A stretch of DNA of 64,000 nt, filler included, from Basidiobolus ranarum (taxonomy: Eukaryota), in NCBI GenBank assembly GCA_040143965.1. It is 28 parts of 28 records of this genome, joined end to end, with 100 filler letters (N's around TTAATTAATTAA, not from the genome) between each part and the next. Parts side by side here need not be neighbours in the genome. Positions count along the whole stretch, not along the records: positions 11,488 to 13,683 come from JASJQH010010525.1; positions 13,784 to 15,979 come from JASJQH010010526.1; positions 16,080 to 18,274 come from JASJQH010010527.1; positions 18,375 to 20,569 come from JASJQH010010528.1; positions 20,670 to 22,863 come from JASJQH010010529.1; positions 22,964 to 25,156 come from JASJQH010010530.1; positions 25,257 to 27,449 come from JASJQH010010531.1; 21 more parts are not named here. The stretch is one strand, 5' to 3'. The position numbers were made by a program, and so were the translations under genes. The notes below the pieces were generated by a model. That model had not been told where the DNA came from and searched no databases. It was given only the letters and a program-made list of their open reading frames with translations. The first letter of the stretch is position 1. Every line of letters starts with the position of its first letter. This document shows, piece by piece, positions 13,453 through 26,929 of this stretch.

Positions 13453-14949
13453 CTCACTTATCTACAAATATGCCGCTTTCAAAATTTGATACCAAAAAAA
13501 CAAATCAATTATGGGCGCTAGTGTATCTTCCAAGCTTTTGAAGATAGCGGGTTGTAAATCTCGAACTTCCCTGGCTATATACACTATTTGTAAGAAACCA
13601 ACTAGATATATTCAAGTAATATAAGGCTCTCCATTTTCCCCACTTTCTACCTCTTTGTATTCACAATGTTTCAACATACTGCTNNNNNNNNNNNNNNNNN
13701 NNNNNNNNNNNNNNNNNNNNNNNNNNNTTAATTAATTAANNNNNNNNNNNNNNNNNNNNNNNNNNNNNNNNNNNNNNNNNNNNAGGCGTGAAAAGCGTGA
13801 ATATAGTTATGCTGTGATATATGTTGTCCAACCTGAATACATAAAAGTTTGCACATAATTGCGTCTCAGCTTCATGATAACTATCTAGTTCTTGACTCCA
13901 AAAGTATACTTATTACGAGCACTATTATTCATACATGACCTGGTTGCTCTGTTGTCATAAAACAAAGATCGAAAGGATCCCGGATATAATATTCAATCTT
14001 ATACTTGAATTTTCTAACAAATAAAATCATCAAATATAATCAGCGTTAAAGAGTGAAATCAATTCGTCAGTCGTTCACATTCTCAATGGGCTTCACTATC
14101 AGTCTACTATTGCATGAAGGTGATTATTTCATTTCGATGAGTAAATGGTCAATGATGCCTTTCACTTTACATCTTTATATGGCAATTCCAAACCCAGTAT
14201 TATTTGTCCATGCTTGGGATAAAACTTAGGAAAGCACCTAGAATATGCAAAAGTCACGGGTAGCCTATCTTTGATGCCTGACATAGCGTCAATCCTGCAA
14301 TTAAAGAGTGTCATATTAGCGCCATGTTAAAAGAGTGGAGATGAATTTATCCAGAATTCTGAGCAAATCATGACACTCGGGGCCTACTATATATTTACTG
14401 CAAAAGTGAGGTATGAAATGAGAATGTACATTAATAGGAATCAGCAAATTAAAAAACAGGAAAATGTTGCATATTTATCTCGAGAATAACTTAACCATGA
14501 AATCACAAGTAATGTATGTTCCATATCTAAATTGACCAACACAAAAAGACATATTACTGAAGTACTAAGAATTCTGGGAGAAACGTGGAGTTGAGGACAA
14601 AGCTGAATGCGTTATAATTCCATAATGAGCCAACTTATATATAAAATAGAGGTTACATATTTGACATCGGCGATAATTGATAAACAGAAATTTTCTACAT
14701 CAAATTTATCTTATGAGTACTTAGATTCACAGTGAGTTTACTGTCAATACTTTAAAGTTGCCTTTTGAAAGTCATGTTGTAAGAAATAAACAACTCGGAT
14801 TAACCATGTATCTTGTCATTGCTTATGTTATTCGAGAGGTGTGGTAGACCTACAGCTGGTAGCTGTCATCATACCTTATCAGACCAACCATTAGCTACTG
14901 AATTGATCTGATACTTTATAATCAAGGAAATTAAGCAGAATAAGTTGGC

Positions 14950-15720
14950 TTTTGGCATTCCAGGTTAGGTCTAGTATTTGTCCAAATGCCTTATATGCAG
15001 AATTACACCTTCTATATCAAATAAGCTTCAATTACTGAGAAATCATGAAGTAGCATTTATTACTTTAAAATATCCTTTGCCAGTGCCTCAAGTTCAAGCT
15101 TAGCTCTCTGATTCATTAAATAATCTTGAAACATGTAAGGAGTGCATCAGATATATTCATTCATCAATATGGGTTGCAAACAAATCATACAAGAGCACAT
15201 CTTTTATTTACTGCTATTCCAATCACAACTTCATTAACAGTTCAGAGCCTTGTCCTAATAATGTCTATATTACTGATATTTGTATTTAAATTTTGTAATG
15301 TACCTATCTTAATATATAAGGTATTCCATATTACATAGCTTGGCTGGCATTATTTTTGAAGTAACACTTATCTGTTTCTTGTAGGGAAAATATATGTACA
15401 AGTTGCATTTGAATATTAAAGAAATATTGGCCTGAGCAGGCTGGGACCCTGAGATCCTTCTTTCTCTGATCAGTATACTTGCCAGTAATAGAGACTCATG
15501 AATCAAGCTATTGCCTCCTTCTTTGTCTGATATATTCACATTAGAACTGGAATAACCAAACTTCTCTGCATCTTCCATGATGTCCCTTCAGAATATGCTA
15601 GTTCAATACATTGGGTACTTCATGCAGAACAATCATAGGTCTACATCCTTATTTTGCATTCAACCTTTTTCCAGCCAAATTATTGCAGCCTTCACACACA
15701 TACTATGCTATACTCAAATT
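14950..15720 (-). mobile_element. Possible very decayed DNA-transposase relic (hAT-like)
   Basis: CpG-poor coding-like DNA; the frameshifted HIR/FGQILDLTWNA resembles the hAT RCxxHILNL motif. Weak. Confidence 0.25.
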
Positions 15721-15745
15721 TGTAGAAATTAGCATTGCCAAAACT

Positions 15746-15979
15746 GTCAAAGTATTGGGGAGCCTGTTGGAAGTGGTTTGGAGAATTAGAGAATTTGGTG
15801 GTTTTCATTATTGATTTATTGAATAGAAAGTTGACATTTTTACTTTTATCCAGATATAGACAAACTAATATGTAGAATGTGTTAAGGGAGGTCCCAGGAA
15901 CATCAGTCCAAAGCTTGGGGATTCTAACACAAGTTGGAAAATCTATATATCTCAGAACTTCTAAGTTAATAAAAATATT
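15746..15979 (-). repeat. Copia LTR family A (partial)
   Basis: Reverse-complement match to the 3' half of family A. Confidence 0.8.
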
Positions 15980-16149
15980 NNNNNNNNNNNNNNNNNNNNN
16001 NNNNNNNNNNNNNNNNNNNNNNNTTAATTAATTAANNNNNNNNNNNNNNNNNNNNNNNNNNNNNNNNNNNNNNNNNNNNAAAACTCATGAACACATTGAA
16101 AACAGCCAATTGATCGAAGGTTGATATACTCTAAGGTCTCCATAACCCA

Positions 16150-17934
16150 TTACATTAAATCCATCACAGATTTTGCTAATGCATGGGTAATCAGATTAGC
16201 ATATGGTAATACTGACAATTTCACTTGCAGCATCATTTCACCACAGGTGCACTCTATTGTGAACTCCCAGAAAGTATAGCAAGGATAAATTCACTACAGG
16301 CATGCTCCATTGGGAGCTCCCTGAATGTATAGCCAAATCTAAGAGCCTTATGAAAGATGCAGCAGGGAACATAATGCATGCCAGCATAGATTCAGTCTAT
16401 CTTCATTAAACCTGTAATTAAGATTTTCATACCTAAGTAAAAAATCTTTGCACAGTTGCTGTATCTGCCTGTGATCTGCCAATGTCAGTTAATGCCATTA
16501 GAATATATCAACAATATTGACAAGCAACTCCCAATGTGCCAATACTTATCAGAAAGAAATCTTTTCAAGATTCCACTTGAATATACACAAATCCAATACT
16601 TCCAATCTTTGCATTTGAAAAAATGCCTAGTTGAGTTGATATTGATGGGAATCCTGGTAAAAAATGACGGTATCTTGACATTTTCAAGCAGTTTCCCAAT
16701 TGAATCAAACTTTGATCCTATCTTCATTGGCTCACTCATATTTAACTTTCCACTATAAAGGTGAGTAAGTAGTATTGCAATGTTCTTGAATAGTAAGTGC
16801 ATAGTGGCTAATAGGAAGCTCTGTATCCAGTGGATCCCCTTTAGCAATATAATCTTAGGCTTATTGCTAACATCAAGTTTGATGTTAAACTGACTATTTG
16901 GTAAATTGATATCAGTGACCATGTTCAAATCTAACTGGGCTTTTGATGGTAAAATCAATGAGTTTAGTTTTGTATTTGGATGGTAGTAATGCATATGCCT
17001 GGTAGACTGGCCTCCATTAATTTGACAAGATCTACAGCACGATAGTGCATGGTGCCCACAAAAACCTTCAGGCTTACTGATTGCAGGAGTGTCACCAATA
17101 AATACAATAATATTAGCTTTAATAAAGTATTCACCTATCTGAACCCCATCAGATACCATTCGGATTCCGCAGTCAAAAGCTCCATGAAGCTATCTATACG
17201 CATTAGTGATTTAGGTCCAGATAAAATGGATAGTATCAAATGTTACTACACTTATACTGTTCAGAAGGAGGAAGATTTTAGTAAACTGAAATTATTTGCC
17301 AGCAAGCCTTTCCAATGGTATTTTTGTTTAGTGAGAAATCATTAAGAACTATTGCAAATGCATGATCATGCATATTCTCAAAGAAACCTGTACTTTTCAA
17401 ATTCTGGTAGTGGTATCCATCAAGTATATTGTTAATACCATCAGCTTTGTGGTGAGTACTAAGGTATTGGATCAATGATCAATATTTAGGTGACTTCATC
17501 AAAATTTTAACATGGGGAATCAATGGTATGCAAGCTCAACATGAATGATATTTACCTGATTCAGTGATTGCCAATTGTGTGCAAACAGTACATGACTTCA
17601 GGTTTTTCAGATCACCAGTGAAAGTAAAATAACCATTTGGACATGATGGTAGTTGAATTACTGAAGGATTATAAGTCTTACAATTGACAAGTATTTTCAA
17701 CTTATACCATGTGTGTGGAAAGCAACATTTGCCAATCAACTGTGGTCAAAGTATAAGAAAACCAATAAAAACCTGGTTGCTAAGATTGGATTGCCCTCAC
17801 CACTCCTCAATATTCAAAGCTGCTTCCTTGACTGTAAGTGTTTTGAGTGGACTATTCATTGCCAATAACAAAGAGTCCATGACAAAACCATTGTCTTCTT
17901 CTTCAACTCCCGATATTCTACCATCAGTACTGGA
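16150..17934 (-). mobile_element. CACTA/En-Spm (Tnp2, Transposase_21) transposase pseudogene
   Basis: LPSCPNGYFTFTGDLKNLKSCTVC, GDTPAISKPEGFCGHHALSCCRSC, TMHLLFKNI, FKCKDWKYW and WEFxxExxCG-type motifs. Confidence 0.88.
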
Positions 17935-18274
17935 CCCTAACAGAAATTTGAGGATTGTGATTGTAGGAAAACCATAACAATTTTAATCCATTTAGGATTG
18001 ACCGTTTACTTACCATCATAAATTGTCAAGTTAGATTTGATTTTAATCAATTTTTTCAGTTTCAGGAGTGAAATTTCAAGATCTTGTGAAATAGTTGCAC
18101 ATGATTGGCTATAATCTCAGCAAGCTATGGATCAACACATGTGCAAAAAACATAACTCAAATTTTACACATTTACCACTTGAACACTAATTTGTCACCTT
18201 CAAAATTTCTAGTTTCTTTGATATATTCTCCTCAATATTTTATATAGAAATGTTCACACCCAAGGTTTAGATCA
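17935..18274 (+). mobile_element. CACTA-like putative second terminus inserted in a transposase copy
   Basis: Begins CCCTAACAGAAATTT where homology to the transposase N-terminus (compare ~60720-60745) breaks. Confidence 0.65.
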
Positions 18275-18374
18275 NNNNNNNNNNNNNNNNNNNNNNNNNN
18301 NNNNNNNNNNNNNNNNNNTTAATTAATTAANNNNNNNNNNNNNNNNNNNNNNNNNNNNNNNNNNNNNNNNNNNN

Positions 18375-18993
18375 TTTTGCTGAGAATTAGATCTCCTTAA
18401 TTCTTCATTCAAAAGCCTAGCACCAACATATTCCATTGTTAATGGCTCTGATCTTGATTCTAGGGCAATTATGAGGTTCCCAAACCTGTCTGGCAGGCCC
18501 CCAACTAGTGTCATGACTCAGTCATCTTCATTTAGAGGTGTTCCAATGAATGAGAGCTGATCTGCCAGAGTTTTATCTGATATATCAGATTAAGCATAGA
18601 ATCATCAGAATTCATCTGAATTTAGAATAATTGTTGCCTAAGAAATAGCCTATTAGCCAGACTTTTAGGCTCATATAGTCCTTCAAGTGTTTCCCAAGCA
18701 TTTTGGACATTTTTGGCTGTTTGTATGTGCATCAATTGCAAATCTCTGAGATGTAGACAAAGTGTATAGATTGCTTTCCCCTGCTTCTGGTGAAAGGCAA
18801 GGATAGCTTCTGATGGTCCCTTTAGCTCAATTTTTTCTTCTGTAATAAATCCCCTAAGGTCCTTGTCTTCTAGCACCATTTGCATCTTGAACTTCCAAAG
18901 GTGAAAGTCTTCACTATGAAACTTCTCTTGGGATGCAAAAACGTTGGTAATAGTACTGGTAGCCATTCCTTTAACAACTAGCTTGGGGCCCAT
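18375..18993 (-). mobile_element. Ty1/copia gag (family B), frameshifted
   Basis: EKFHSEDFHLWKFKMQMVLEDKDL...SLANRLFLRQQLF...GLPDRFGNLIIALESR, next to PBS GGTTATGGGCCC (18986-18997). Confidence 0.9.
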
Positions 18994-18997
18994 AACC

Positions 18998-19346
18998 TGA
19001 TAAAAGTGTTTAGGGGATTTGGAAGTGTTTTGGACAAGATTTGGATTTGTGAATTAGACACTTAAGTTTTGTTGATTTGAATATGTCCTATTTATAGTTT
19101 ACTATAAACAGAACTATAGGACATGCTTAGATCATAACAAACATGCCTGTTAAGCATAGGTCGAAATTTGATGTGATTTGGAGAAGTTTTGAGAAAATAG
19201 TGAAAATTGGTAAAAGTGATCTAATTGATATTTCTATCAATTAAAGCAATAATCACACATTTTTGAATGACCAAACTGAGTGCTAAATATCAGAATATGA
19301 ATAAACTAACTACTAAATAATCAGTTGCTATTTACCTATTTCAGCA
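18998..19346 (-). repeat. Copia LTR family B, 5' LTR
   Basis: TGCTGAAA...CACTTTTATCA followed immediately by PBS and gag; matches 49298-49648. Confidence 0.9.
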
Positions 19347-20325
19347 GGATAAACTTGCAAATTTAGCACTCTTCCAACTGGTGTACCTGATTTTATGGTG
19401 AAATAAGCCTTTTTGCCAGTATATCTGATTCTGGAAATGTAGATCTTGTTAATGGTGTGAAGAATTAGGTAAAAGGGATAGCAGAACCTAAACTCACTGG
19501 CTCCTTTGCTTTTCCCTTGGGTTTAATAGCTTCCTGTTAGTTGAGTACTTCTTTAGCTGCTTTTCTTTCTTTTCCAAGTCAATAATTGCATTTATATTTG
19601 AGATATTTCAAGAATAGGCTTAAACCAGCCCAATTGCCATTTGTTTGTAAAAAACAGGACAAGCCACATGAAATAAATCAAGAACCTTCAGAGTATTGCT
19701 TAATTTTTTGGTTTTTGTGAAATTGGCCCAAATCAAGTAGATTTTGGGCATGAGCCCATCCAGTTTTCAACATGTTCAACCATTCATCATCTGAGCAAGT
19801 GATGGCAGTGCTGTTGTTCAGATTCTGTTGGCTTTCTGGTTTTCCTACAAGATTTCTAATTTCATATACCCTAGCAATTTCAGGTCATTGTGTAGTCTTA
19901 ATGGTGTGAGCCATATTCTGTTCTGCTAGAGTGTCTTGGTGGCATCTATATATGCATGGTGTGGGATGGATTGAAATCCCATATGAGAATGGTTGGAGGG
20001 AGCAGCATGTTGCTGCAGTTCTTGTACCATTGTTGAGTGACTCTCTAATTGATGACTAGCTGCTTCAGAATGCTGAATTAAAAGTTTTATGGTGGCATCA
20101 TTGCTTGTCATTGCCCATAGAGCAACTTTGTAGTTTTTCTTATCACTACATACAAATCACTATAGTGTTCTCACTGAGATTGCCTTGTTGTAATAATTGT
20201 ATCAAAATGTTCTACAAAAAGGTATTCAAAAGCCAAACTGGGCATGTTGGAAGTCGATGGTCTTGATGGTGTTTCTGTTGAACTTTGCTGAATTGTTGAT
20301 TTACTATGTAATTGGGGAATTGTAC
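19347..20325 (-). pseudogene. CACTA-associated ORF2, middle and C-terminal part
   Basis: MTSNDATIKLLIQHSEAASHQLESHSTMVQELQ matches the ORF2 copy at 35652-36060; interrupted by LTR-B. Confidence 0.7.
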
Positions 20326-20988
20326 TGGCTCACATACTCCAACACCCAATAGAAGGCAGCTTGTCAATTTGTTTTGTTACTACAAAAACTATTGTCCAAT
20401 CAATTTCAGCTCACTATCAATGGTAGTAAAAGTAGGAGAAGCTTCCATAGCAGGTATCAAGTAAGTGAGAATCATTTAGCTTGAGTGAGGAATGATGTTG
20501 AAGATGCCTGCAAGAAAAGATTCAGAGACTCAAAGTTCCTTCTATATCTTGGAGTACTTGCCAATAGATNNNNNNNNNNNNNNNNNNNNNNNNNNNNNNN
20601 NNNNNNNNNNNNNTTAATTAATTAANNNNNNNNNNNNNNNNNNNNNNNNNNNNNNNNNNNNNNNNNNNNGAAAATAGCATAAGTGCTTGAGTAGTATTTT
20701 CAAAAGTATGATGGGAAAAACACAGTGCAAGTATGCAGAAAGTGGCTTCAGAAGAAGGACATTCAACCTGACATTCAGTCTGGTGTTGACTGTGCAGATA
20801 TCTTGGAAGAACTTAATAGAGAGTGACACAATATTGCAGGGTATCTGCCAGATAGCTGGAAGAATGTTGATTCAGCAACATTAATACAATTGTGGGCTTT
20901 GATGGAGATATTGATACAAATTTGTGTTGGATATGAGCCAAACCTTGGGTATGAAGAACTCTATAAAAATATTCAAGAGAATATATCA

Positions 20989-22863
20989 CCCTAACAAAAA
21001 TAAAATCAATTTGATCCAGATCAGATCCACCCTCCAAAAGAGCAAAACCATCAGAGAACCATCACAATATTGGTAGCTTGCATTCTGCCCGGGATTTTGA
21101 TGGTGTGAGGGTGGTTTCTTGATGGTGTTTTGACAGTATTCATAAATGTTAAAATATTGATCCTCAAATTAGCATACATTATTCAATATTCAGCAATTTT
21201 TGCAAAAATGCAATTTTCAAATGGCAAATTACTGGGTTTACTGCTGTAGGAATTTGATTTAATATGCATGCCTTTATTTAGATATTTTAGGCTTTGTATT
21301 CCAGCCATAATGAGAATCAAAATATACATGAATCTCATTGCATTTAGTCTCAACATATGAATATACTTGACTGATTAGACATAACTCAACAACATCAATA
21401 TGCTTTACCAGCAAACTAATGGCAGAAAAATTGCTAAACATCTGAAATTTTGAATAGCACTGAGACTTGGCAAATAGCTGACTCTTGTCACCATTCAAAA
21501 TGAGAATAAGCTCTTGGATTTAGGCAAATTTTTGTTAAGAATTCAGGCAATATATCCCCAACTTGCAGTCAACTAATGTCCTGCCACAAGTAGATGTGTC
21601 ATTGCTGGAATTGATTACCCCATAGCTAAAACAATAATACTGAATATCTTGATCTTTCTCACCAAGAAGTCTGTCTTGCAGCTTTCCTAAAAGTACTGTC
21701 AAATTATCACACAAGCAAATTTGTCCAATTATAGAGGTACTTACTCTGTGTCCATGGATTGGGCTTTGTTGCAGTTATTGTCCTCAAACAATGTGAAAAC
21801 CCATGAGCACATTGAAAAGAGCCCTTTGTTGGCATGTTAATATACTCTGGAGTCTCCTTGACCCATTGCATTACATCCATCACTGATTTAGCTGATACAT
21901 TGTTAATCAGATTAGCATACGGTAATACTGACAATTTCACATGGAGCATCATTTCACCACAGGTGCGCTCCATTGGGAGCTCCCAGAAAGTATAGCAAGG
22001 GCCTATGATCTCTAAGCATTGTGAAAGATGCAGCAGGGAATGTATTTAATACTGGCATAGATTCAGTCTATCTTCTTTAAACCTGTAATCAAGTTTTTCA
22101 TATCCAATTATCAAATATTTGCACAGTTGCTGTATCTGCTTGAGATCTGCTAATGTGAGTTGATGCCATAAGAATATATTAACAATATCCACAACCAACT
22201 CTCAATGTTGCCAATACTTATCAGGCACAAATCTTTTCAAAACTCCACTTGAATATATACAAATCCAATACTTCCAGTCTGTGCATTTGAATAAATGCCT
22301 AGATGGGTGGATATTGATGGGAGTCCTGGTAATATATAATGGTATCTTGATGTTTTCAAGCATTTTCTCAATTGATTCAAGTTAGATCCTATCTTGAAAG
22401 GCTCATTCATATTGAATTTTCTGCTATATAGCTGAGTAAGTAGTATTGGAATGTTGTTGAGTAGTAAGTGCATAGTGCCTAATGGGAGGCTCTGGCTCCA
22501 GCTGATCCCCTTTAGCAATATAATCTTAGACTTATGGCTAATACCCAGTTTGATGTTAGACTGACTATTTGGTAAATTGATATCAGTGATCATACTGAAA
22601 TCTGACTGGACTCCTGATGGAAAAATCAAGGAGTTTAGTGTTGTATTTTGATAGTAGTAATGCACATGCCGGTTAGAGTAAACTCCATTGATTTGACAAA
22701 ATCTACAGTAAGATAGTGCATTGTGCCTGCAAAAACCTCCAAGTTTACTGAAGGCAGGAGTGTCACCAATACATACAATGATATTAGCTTTAATAAAATA
22801 TTCACCCATCTGAACCCCATTAGATAACCATTCAAATTCCGCAATCAAAGGCTCCAAGAAGCT
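20989..22863 (-). mobile_element. CACTA/En-Spm element: transposase 3' part and downstream terminus
   Basis: GDTPAFSKLGGFCRHNALSYCRFC, TMHLLLNNI, WELPMERTCG; terminus CCCTAACAAAAATAAAATCAATTTGATCC at 20989. Confidence 0.9.
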
Positions 22864-22973
22864 NNNNNNNNNNNNNNNNNNNNNNNNNNNNNNNNNNNNN
22901 NNNNNNNTTAATTAATTAANNNNNNNNNNNNNNNNNNNNNNNNNNNNNNNNNNNNNNNNNNNNGCTCATAACC

Positions 22974-23351
22974 TATTGAGAAAATATGGGCTGTTTGGAG
23001 GAACTTTAGAAAAGTGGAGTTGTGAATAGCTTTGTGAGATAATTATTTATTGTCCAGTAATAAAGCATTTATACATTTTGATGGATATACAGAAAACTAA
23101 CACTGGGGCTGTGTTCAGAACATCTGTGAGAGTAATATGATCTATTTTTGGGGCAATTTGGACAAGTTTGAAATTTCCACTATTAAATTGCTAATTCTCA
23201 CATTATTCACATATATATATAATATATGTTCCAATTTTCAGCTAAGTGATATTTGACTAAGTAATGTTAATTAACTTATATGTGATATATGAAATAGTTA
23301 GGTGTATAAAGATAGAGATAACAAATATGATAAAGACAATAAACTTCAACA
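22974..23351 (-). repeat. Copia LTR family C, 5' LTR inserted in gypsy integrase; other copies 27550-27729, ~29945-30183, 39005-39234, ~50241-50344
   Basis: TGTTGAAGTTTATTG...TTCTCAATA followed by PBS GGTTATGAGC (22964-22973). Confidence 0.85.
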
Positions 23352-23935
23352 GCCCCGCTGCCTCAGATCATACTACTTTCCTTAAGGACATCCATAAACA
23401 ATTGATATCCAAGTTAGAGCATGCTCAATCTCAATACAACAATTTTGCCTATAAGAAAAGAAAGCCCAACCCAGATCTCAAGCCAGGAGATTAGGTATGG
23501 CTAATCCATAGAAATACCAAGACCACTAGACCTTGTGATGAGCTTGATCATGAACAACTAGGACCATTTAAGATTACTGAGCAAATCAATTCCGTAGCCT
23601 TCCACCTTGAGCTCCCAAACTATTTCAAAGTTCACAATGTATTCCATTTGTCTCTGTAAGAGCCACATTCCAAAAATACCCTCCATGGCCAATCCATTGA
23701 CTCACCCCCAGCAATCCAAGTAGAAGAATACTTTTAATATGAAGTTAGCAAAATGCTAGATTCTGGAATTTATCAATGTAAATTGCAATATTTAGTGGTC
23801 TGGAAGGGATACTCAACAAATGATCAATCATGGGAACCAGCAACAAATCTTTCCAACTCAAAGGAACTTTGCCAGGAATATCATGAAGCCCACCCAGAAC
23901 AACCTTGCCCTATGATGTCTGGATGCCATCACTAA
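23352..23935 (+). mobile_element. Ty3/gypsy chromovirus integrase C-terminus with chromodomain
   Basis: KPGD*VWL...LGPFKITEQINSVAFHLELP...VHNVFHLSL (GPY/F module), then YEVSKMLDS...LQYLVVWKGYSTNDQSWEPATNL. Confidence 0.93.
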
Positions 23936-24450
23936 AGGAGGGGATACTGTCAAGATTCTGATCTTGGCATACTCATCCACTGCAAATGGAACTCTTCTAT
24001 TATTAGATTATGACATCACACCTGCTGTTCCATCCTTTCTTGGCAATCTTGTGCTAGTTCATCCAGGTTACCTTATATCAAAGTCATGCTCTTTGGAACA
24101 TTCCATGAAGCCTAACCAATCATCTCATCCCACAAATAGTGTATTTCCACCAAGACCTTCCATGGAAGGTCACCTGATCATCCTTACATCATCCCCCTTT
24201 GTATTGGTCCTTGTAGTCCCAAACACCCCAACACTTGAACTTGCTATGGTTTATTCCCAATTCAGTATATCATGTTTCACCCTGCAAGATCTGTATAAGC
24301 TCCCTGTTTTCCTTGATTAGACAGAGGTCTTATCAATGCCAGTTATCAATAAAGATTCTTGCCTGATTATCTTCCTTGTCCAGTCTTGTCTTGTCTTGCC
24401 TTGTGGTCTACACCAAAGTACCCTCCTGCTTTCTAGCCACTTGTTACCAA
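23934..24450 (+). repeat. Polypurine tract and 3' LTR of the chromovirus
   Basis: AAAGGAGGGGA then TAC/TGTCA at 23948; LTR matches 58574-59108, 3' end lost. Confidence 0.88.
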
Positions 24451-25156
24451 CTTAGCCATTCTCCAATACAAAGATTTTCAAGACTTGTGGTAGAAGCCCC
24501 AAACTTTGCACACATGCTGCTGGGATATTTGTTATCACAGTTTACATGGTAGCTTACTTACATCTTGACAAAACTATAAATGTCAACTTTTAACTCTATA
24601 AATCAATAAGTGGATGACACCAATTTTTTTATTTCTCCAAACCACTTGTAACAGGCTCCCAAGATACTTCAACAATCTTAACTTACACCTTTCATATGAT
24701 ATGGCCTTGTATTGATTGTCATTTAGTTACTCCATATTTCACTAAGATATCACCAACCATTCTCAAATGGAACTCACTTGGGATATTTCTACCTGCTTAT
24801 AAGTTCCAAAATATATATATTTCTAAAACTTGTCCTAGAAGCCCCAAGCTAAGCACACAGGTTCCTGGTTCTTTCATTCACTTATTCACCTTGCTTTTTT
24901 ACATCTCAGCAATTGCTAAAGAATTTTAGGAGCTTGTTGGAAGTGATTTGGAAGCTAGAAAAATTAGTGTTATTCACTTATGGAATTGTTGAGTTGAAAG
25001 TTGACATTTAGAATTTTGTCAAGATGTAAGTAAACCAGCATGTAAAATGTGTTGAAATTAGCATTGCCTAAACACCTATATAGTCATATATAGCTTAGTA
25101 CTTAGTTATCTTATAATTCACTAAGATATTATCAATTATTCTCAATCGGAATTTAC
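24450..25156. repeat. Cluster of copia LTR-A fragments in both orientations
   Basis: Four partial family A matches; a new LTR start TGTTGAAATTAGCATTGCC near 25050. Confidence 0.75.
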
Positions 25157-25256
25157 NNNNNNNNNNNNNNNNNNNNNNNNNNNNNNNNNNNNNNNNNNNN
25201 TTAATTAATTAANNNNNNNNNNNNNNNNNNNNNNNNNNNNNNNNNNNNNNNNNNNN

Positions 25257-26904
25257 ACACTTCATCATTTTACCATCAAGAGCCCGGTCAGATCTCTACA
25301 TGATCACTGATATCAATTCACCAAGTAGTCAGTCTAACATCAAACTTGGTATTTGCTGTAAGCCTAACATTACATTGCTAAAGGGGATCACTTGGAGCCA
25401 GAGCTTCCCATTAGGCACTATGCACTTACCATTCAACAACATTTCAATACTAATCACTCAGCTATATAGTGGAAAATTCAATAAGAATGAGCCATTGAAG
25501 ATAGGATCAAAGTTTGAATCAATTGGGAAAATGGTTGAAAACATCAAGATACCATCATATTTTACCAGGACTCCCATTAATATCCACTCATCTAAGTGTT
25601 TATTCAAATGCAAAGACTGGAAGTATTGGATTTGTATATAATCAAGTGGAATTTTGAAACAATTTCTGCCTGATAAGTATTGACAACATTGGGAGTTGTT
25701 TGTAGATATTGTTAATATATTCTTGTGACATCAACTCACATTAGCAGATCTCAGGCAGATACAGCAACTGTGCAAAGATTTTGTAATTGGATATGAAAAA
25801 CTAAATTACAGATTTAAAGAAGATAGATTGAATCTATGTTGGTAATCTATACATCCCCCACTGCATCTTTCACCATACTTAGAGATTACAGGCCCTGGCT
25901 ATACATTCTGGTGGTTCCCAATGGAGTGCACCTGCAGTGAAGTGATGCTCCATGAGAAATTGTCACTACTACTCTATGCTAATCTGATTAGTAATGTATC
26001 AGTAAAATCAGTGATGGATGTAATGCAATGGGTTAAAGAGACTCCAGAGCATATTAACCTTCCAATAAATGGCTCTTTTCAATTTGCTCACGGGTTTTAA
26101 CATTGTTTGATCACAATTTCAACAACAAAGCCCAATCCATAGGCACAGAGTAAGTACCTCTATAATTCAGCCCAATTTGTTTGTGTAATAATCTGACGGT
26201 ATTTCTAGGAAAGCTGCAAGACTGACTTCTTGGTGAGATAGATGAAGATATGCAGTATTATTGTTTTAGCCATGGGGTAATCTATTCAAGCAATGACATA
26301 TCTATTTGTGGAGGACATTTGTTGACTGCAAGTTGGGGATATATTGGTTGAATTCTTTACAGAAATTTGCCAAAATCCAAGAGCTTATTCTCATTGTGAA
26401 TGGTAACAAGAGTCCACTATTTGTCAAGTGTCAGTGCTATTTGAAATTTCTGGTGGTTAGTAATGTTTCCAGCATTAGTTTGCTGGTAAAGCATATTGAT
26501 GTTGTTTAGTTATGTCTGATCAGTCAAGTATATGCATATGTAGAGACTAAACACAACAAGATTCTTGTATTCTTTGATTCTTTTTATGGGTGGAATACAA
26601 AGCCTAAAATGACTAAATAAAGGCATGCATATTAATTTGAATTCCTACAGCAGTAAACCTAGTAATTTGCCATTTCAAAATTAAATTTTGCAAAAATTGC
26701 AGGAAATTAATGATGCATGCCAAATATGTGGATCAATATTTTAACATGTATGAATACTATTGTAATACCATCAAGAAACCACCATCACACCATCAAAATA
26801 CCTGGTAGAATGCAAGCCACCAATATTGTGATGGTTCTCTGATGGTTTTGCAATATAGAAGGGTGGGTCCAATATGGATCAATTCAATTTTATTTTAGTT
26901 AGGA
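25257..26904 (+). mobile_element. CACTA transposase 3' half and downstream terminus
   Basis: SFPLGTMHL, FKCKDWKYW, LHLSPYLRDYRPWLYILVV/FWWFPMECTC region; ends ATTTTATTTTAGTTAGG. Confidence 0.88.
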
Positions 26905-26929
26905 GCATTAGTAGCAATATTGTGGCATT

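Noticed and set aside
11488-18274. Fanzor relic apparently next to copia gag, a hAT-like relic and a CACTA transposase
   Set aside because: These lie on different contigs, so no carrier transposon can be assigned from this window.
23964-24320. 118-aa ORF recurring at 47054 and 58719
   Set aside because: It is the chromovirus LTR read through; other copies contain stops.
25405-25430. Gly or Ala instead of Asp before TMH in the CACTA copies, as a catalytic knockout
   Set aside because: That position belongs to the MH signature and, as I recall, not the DDE triad; the D in GDTPA and the E in MER remain.
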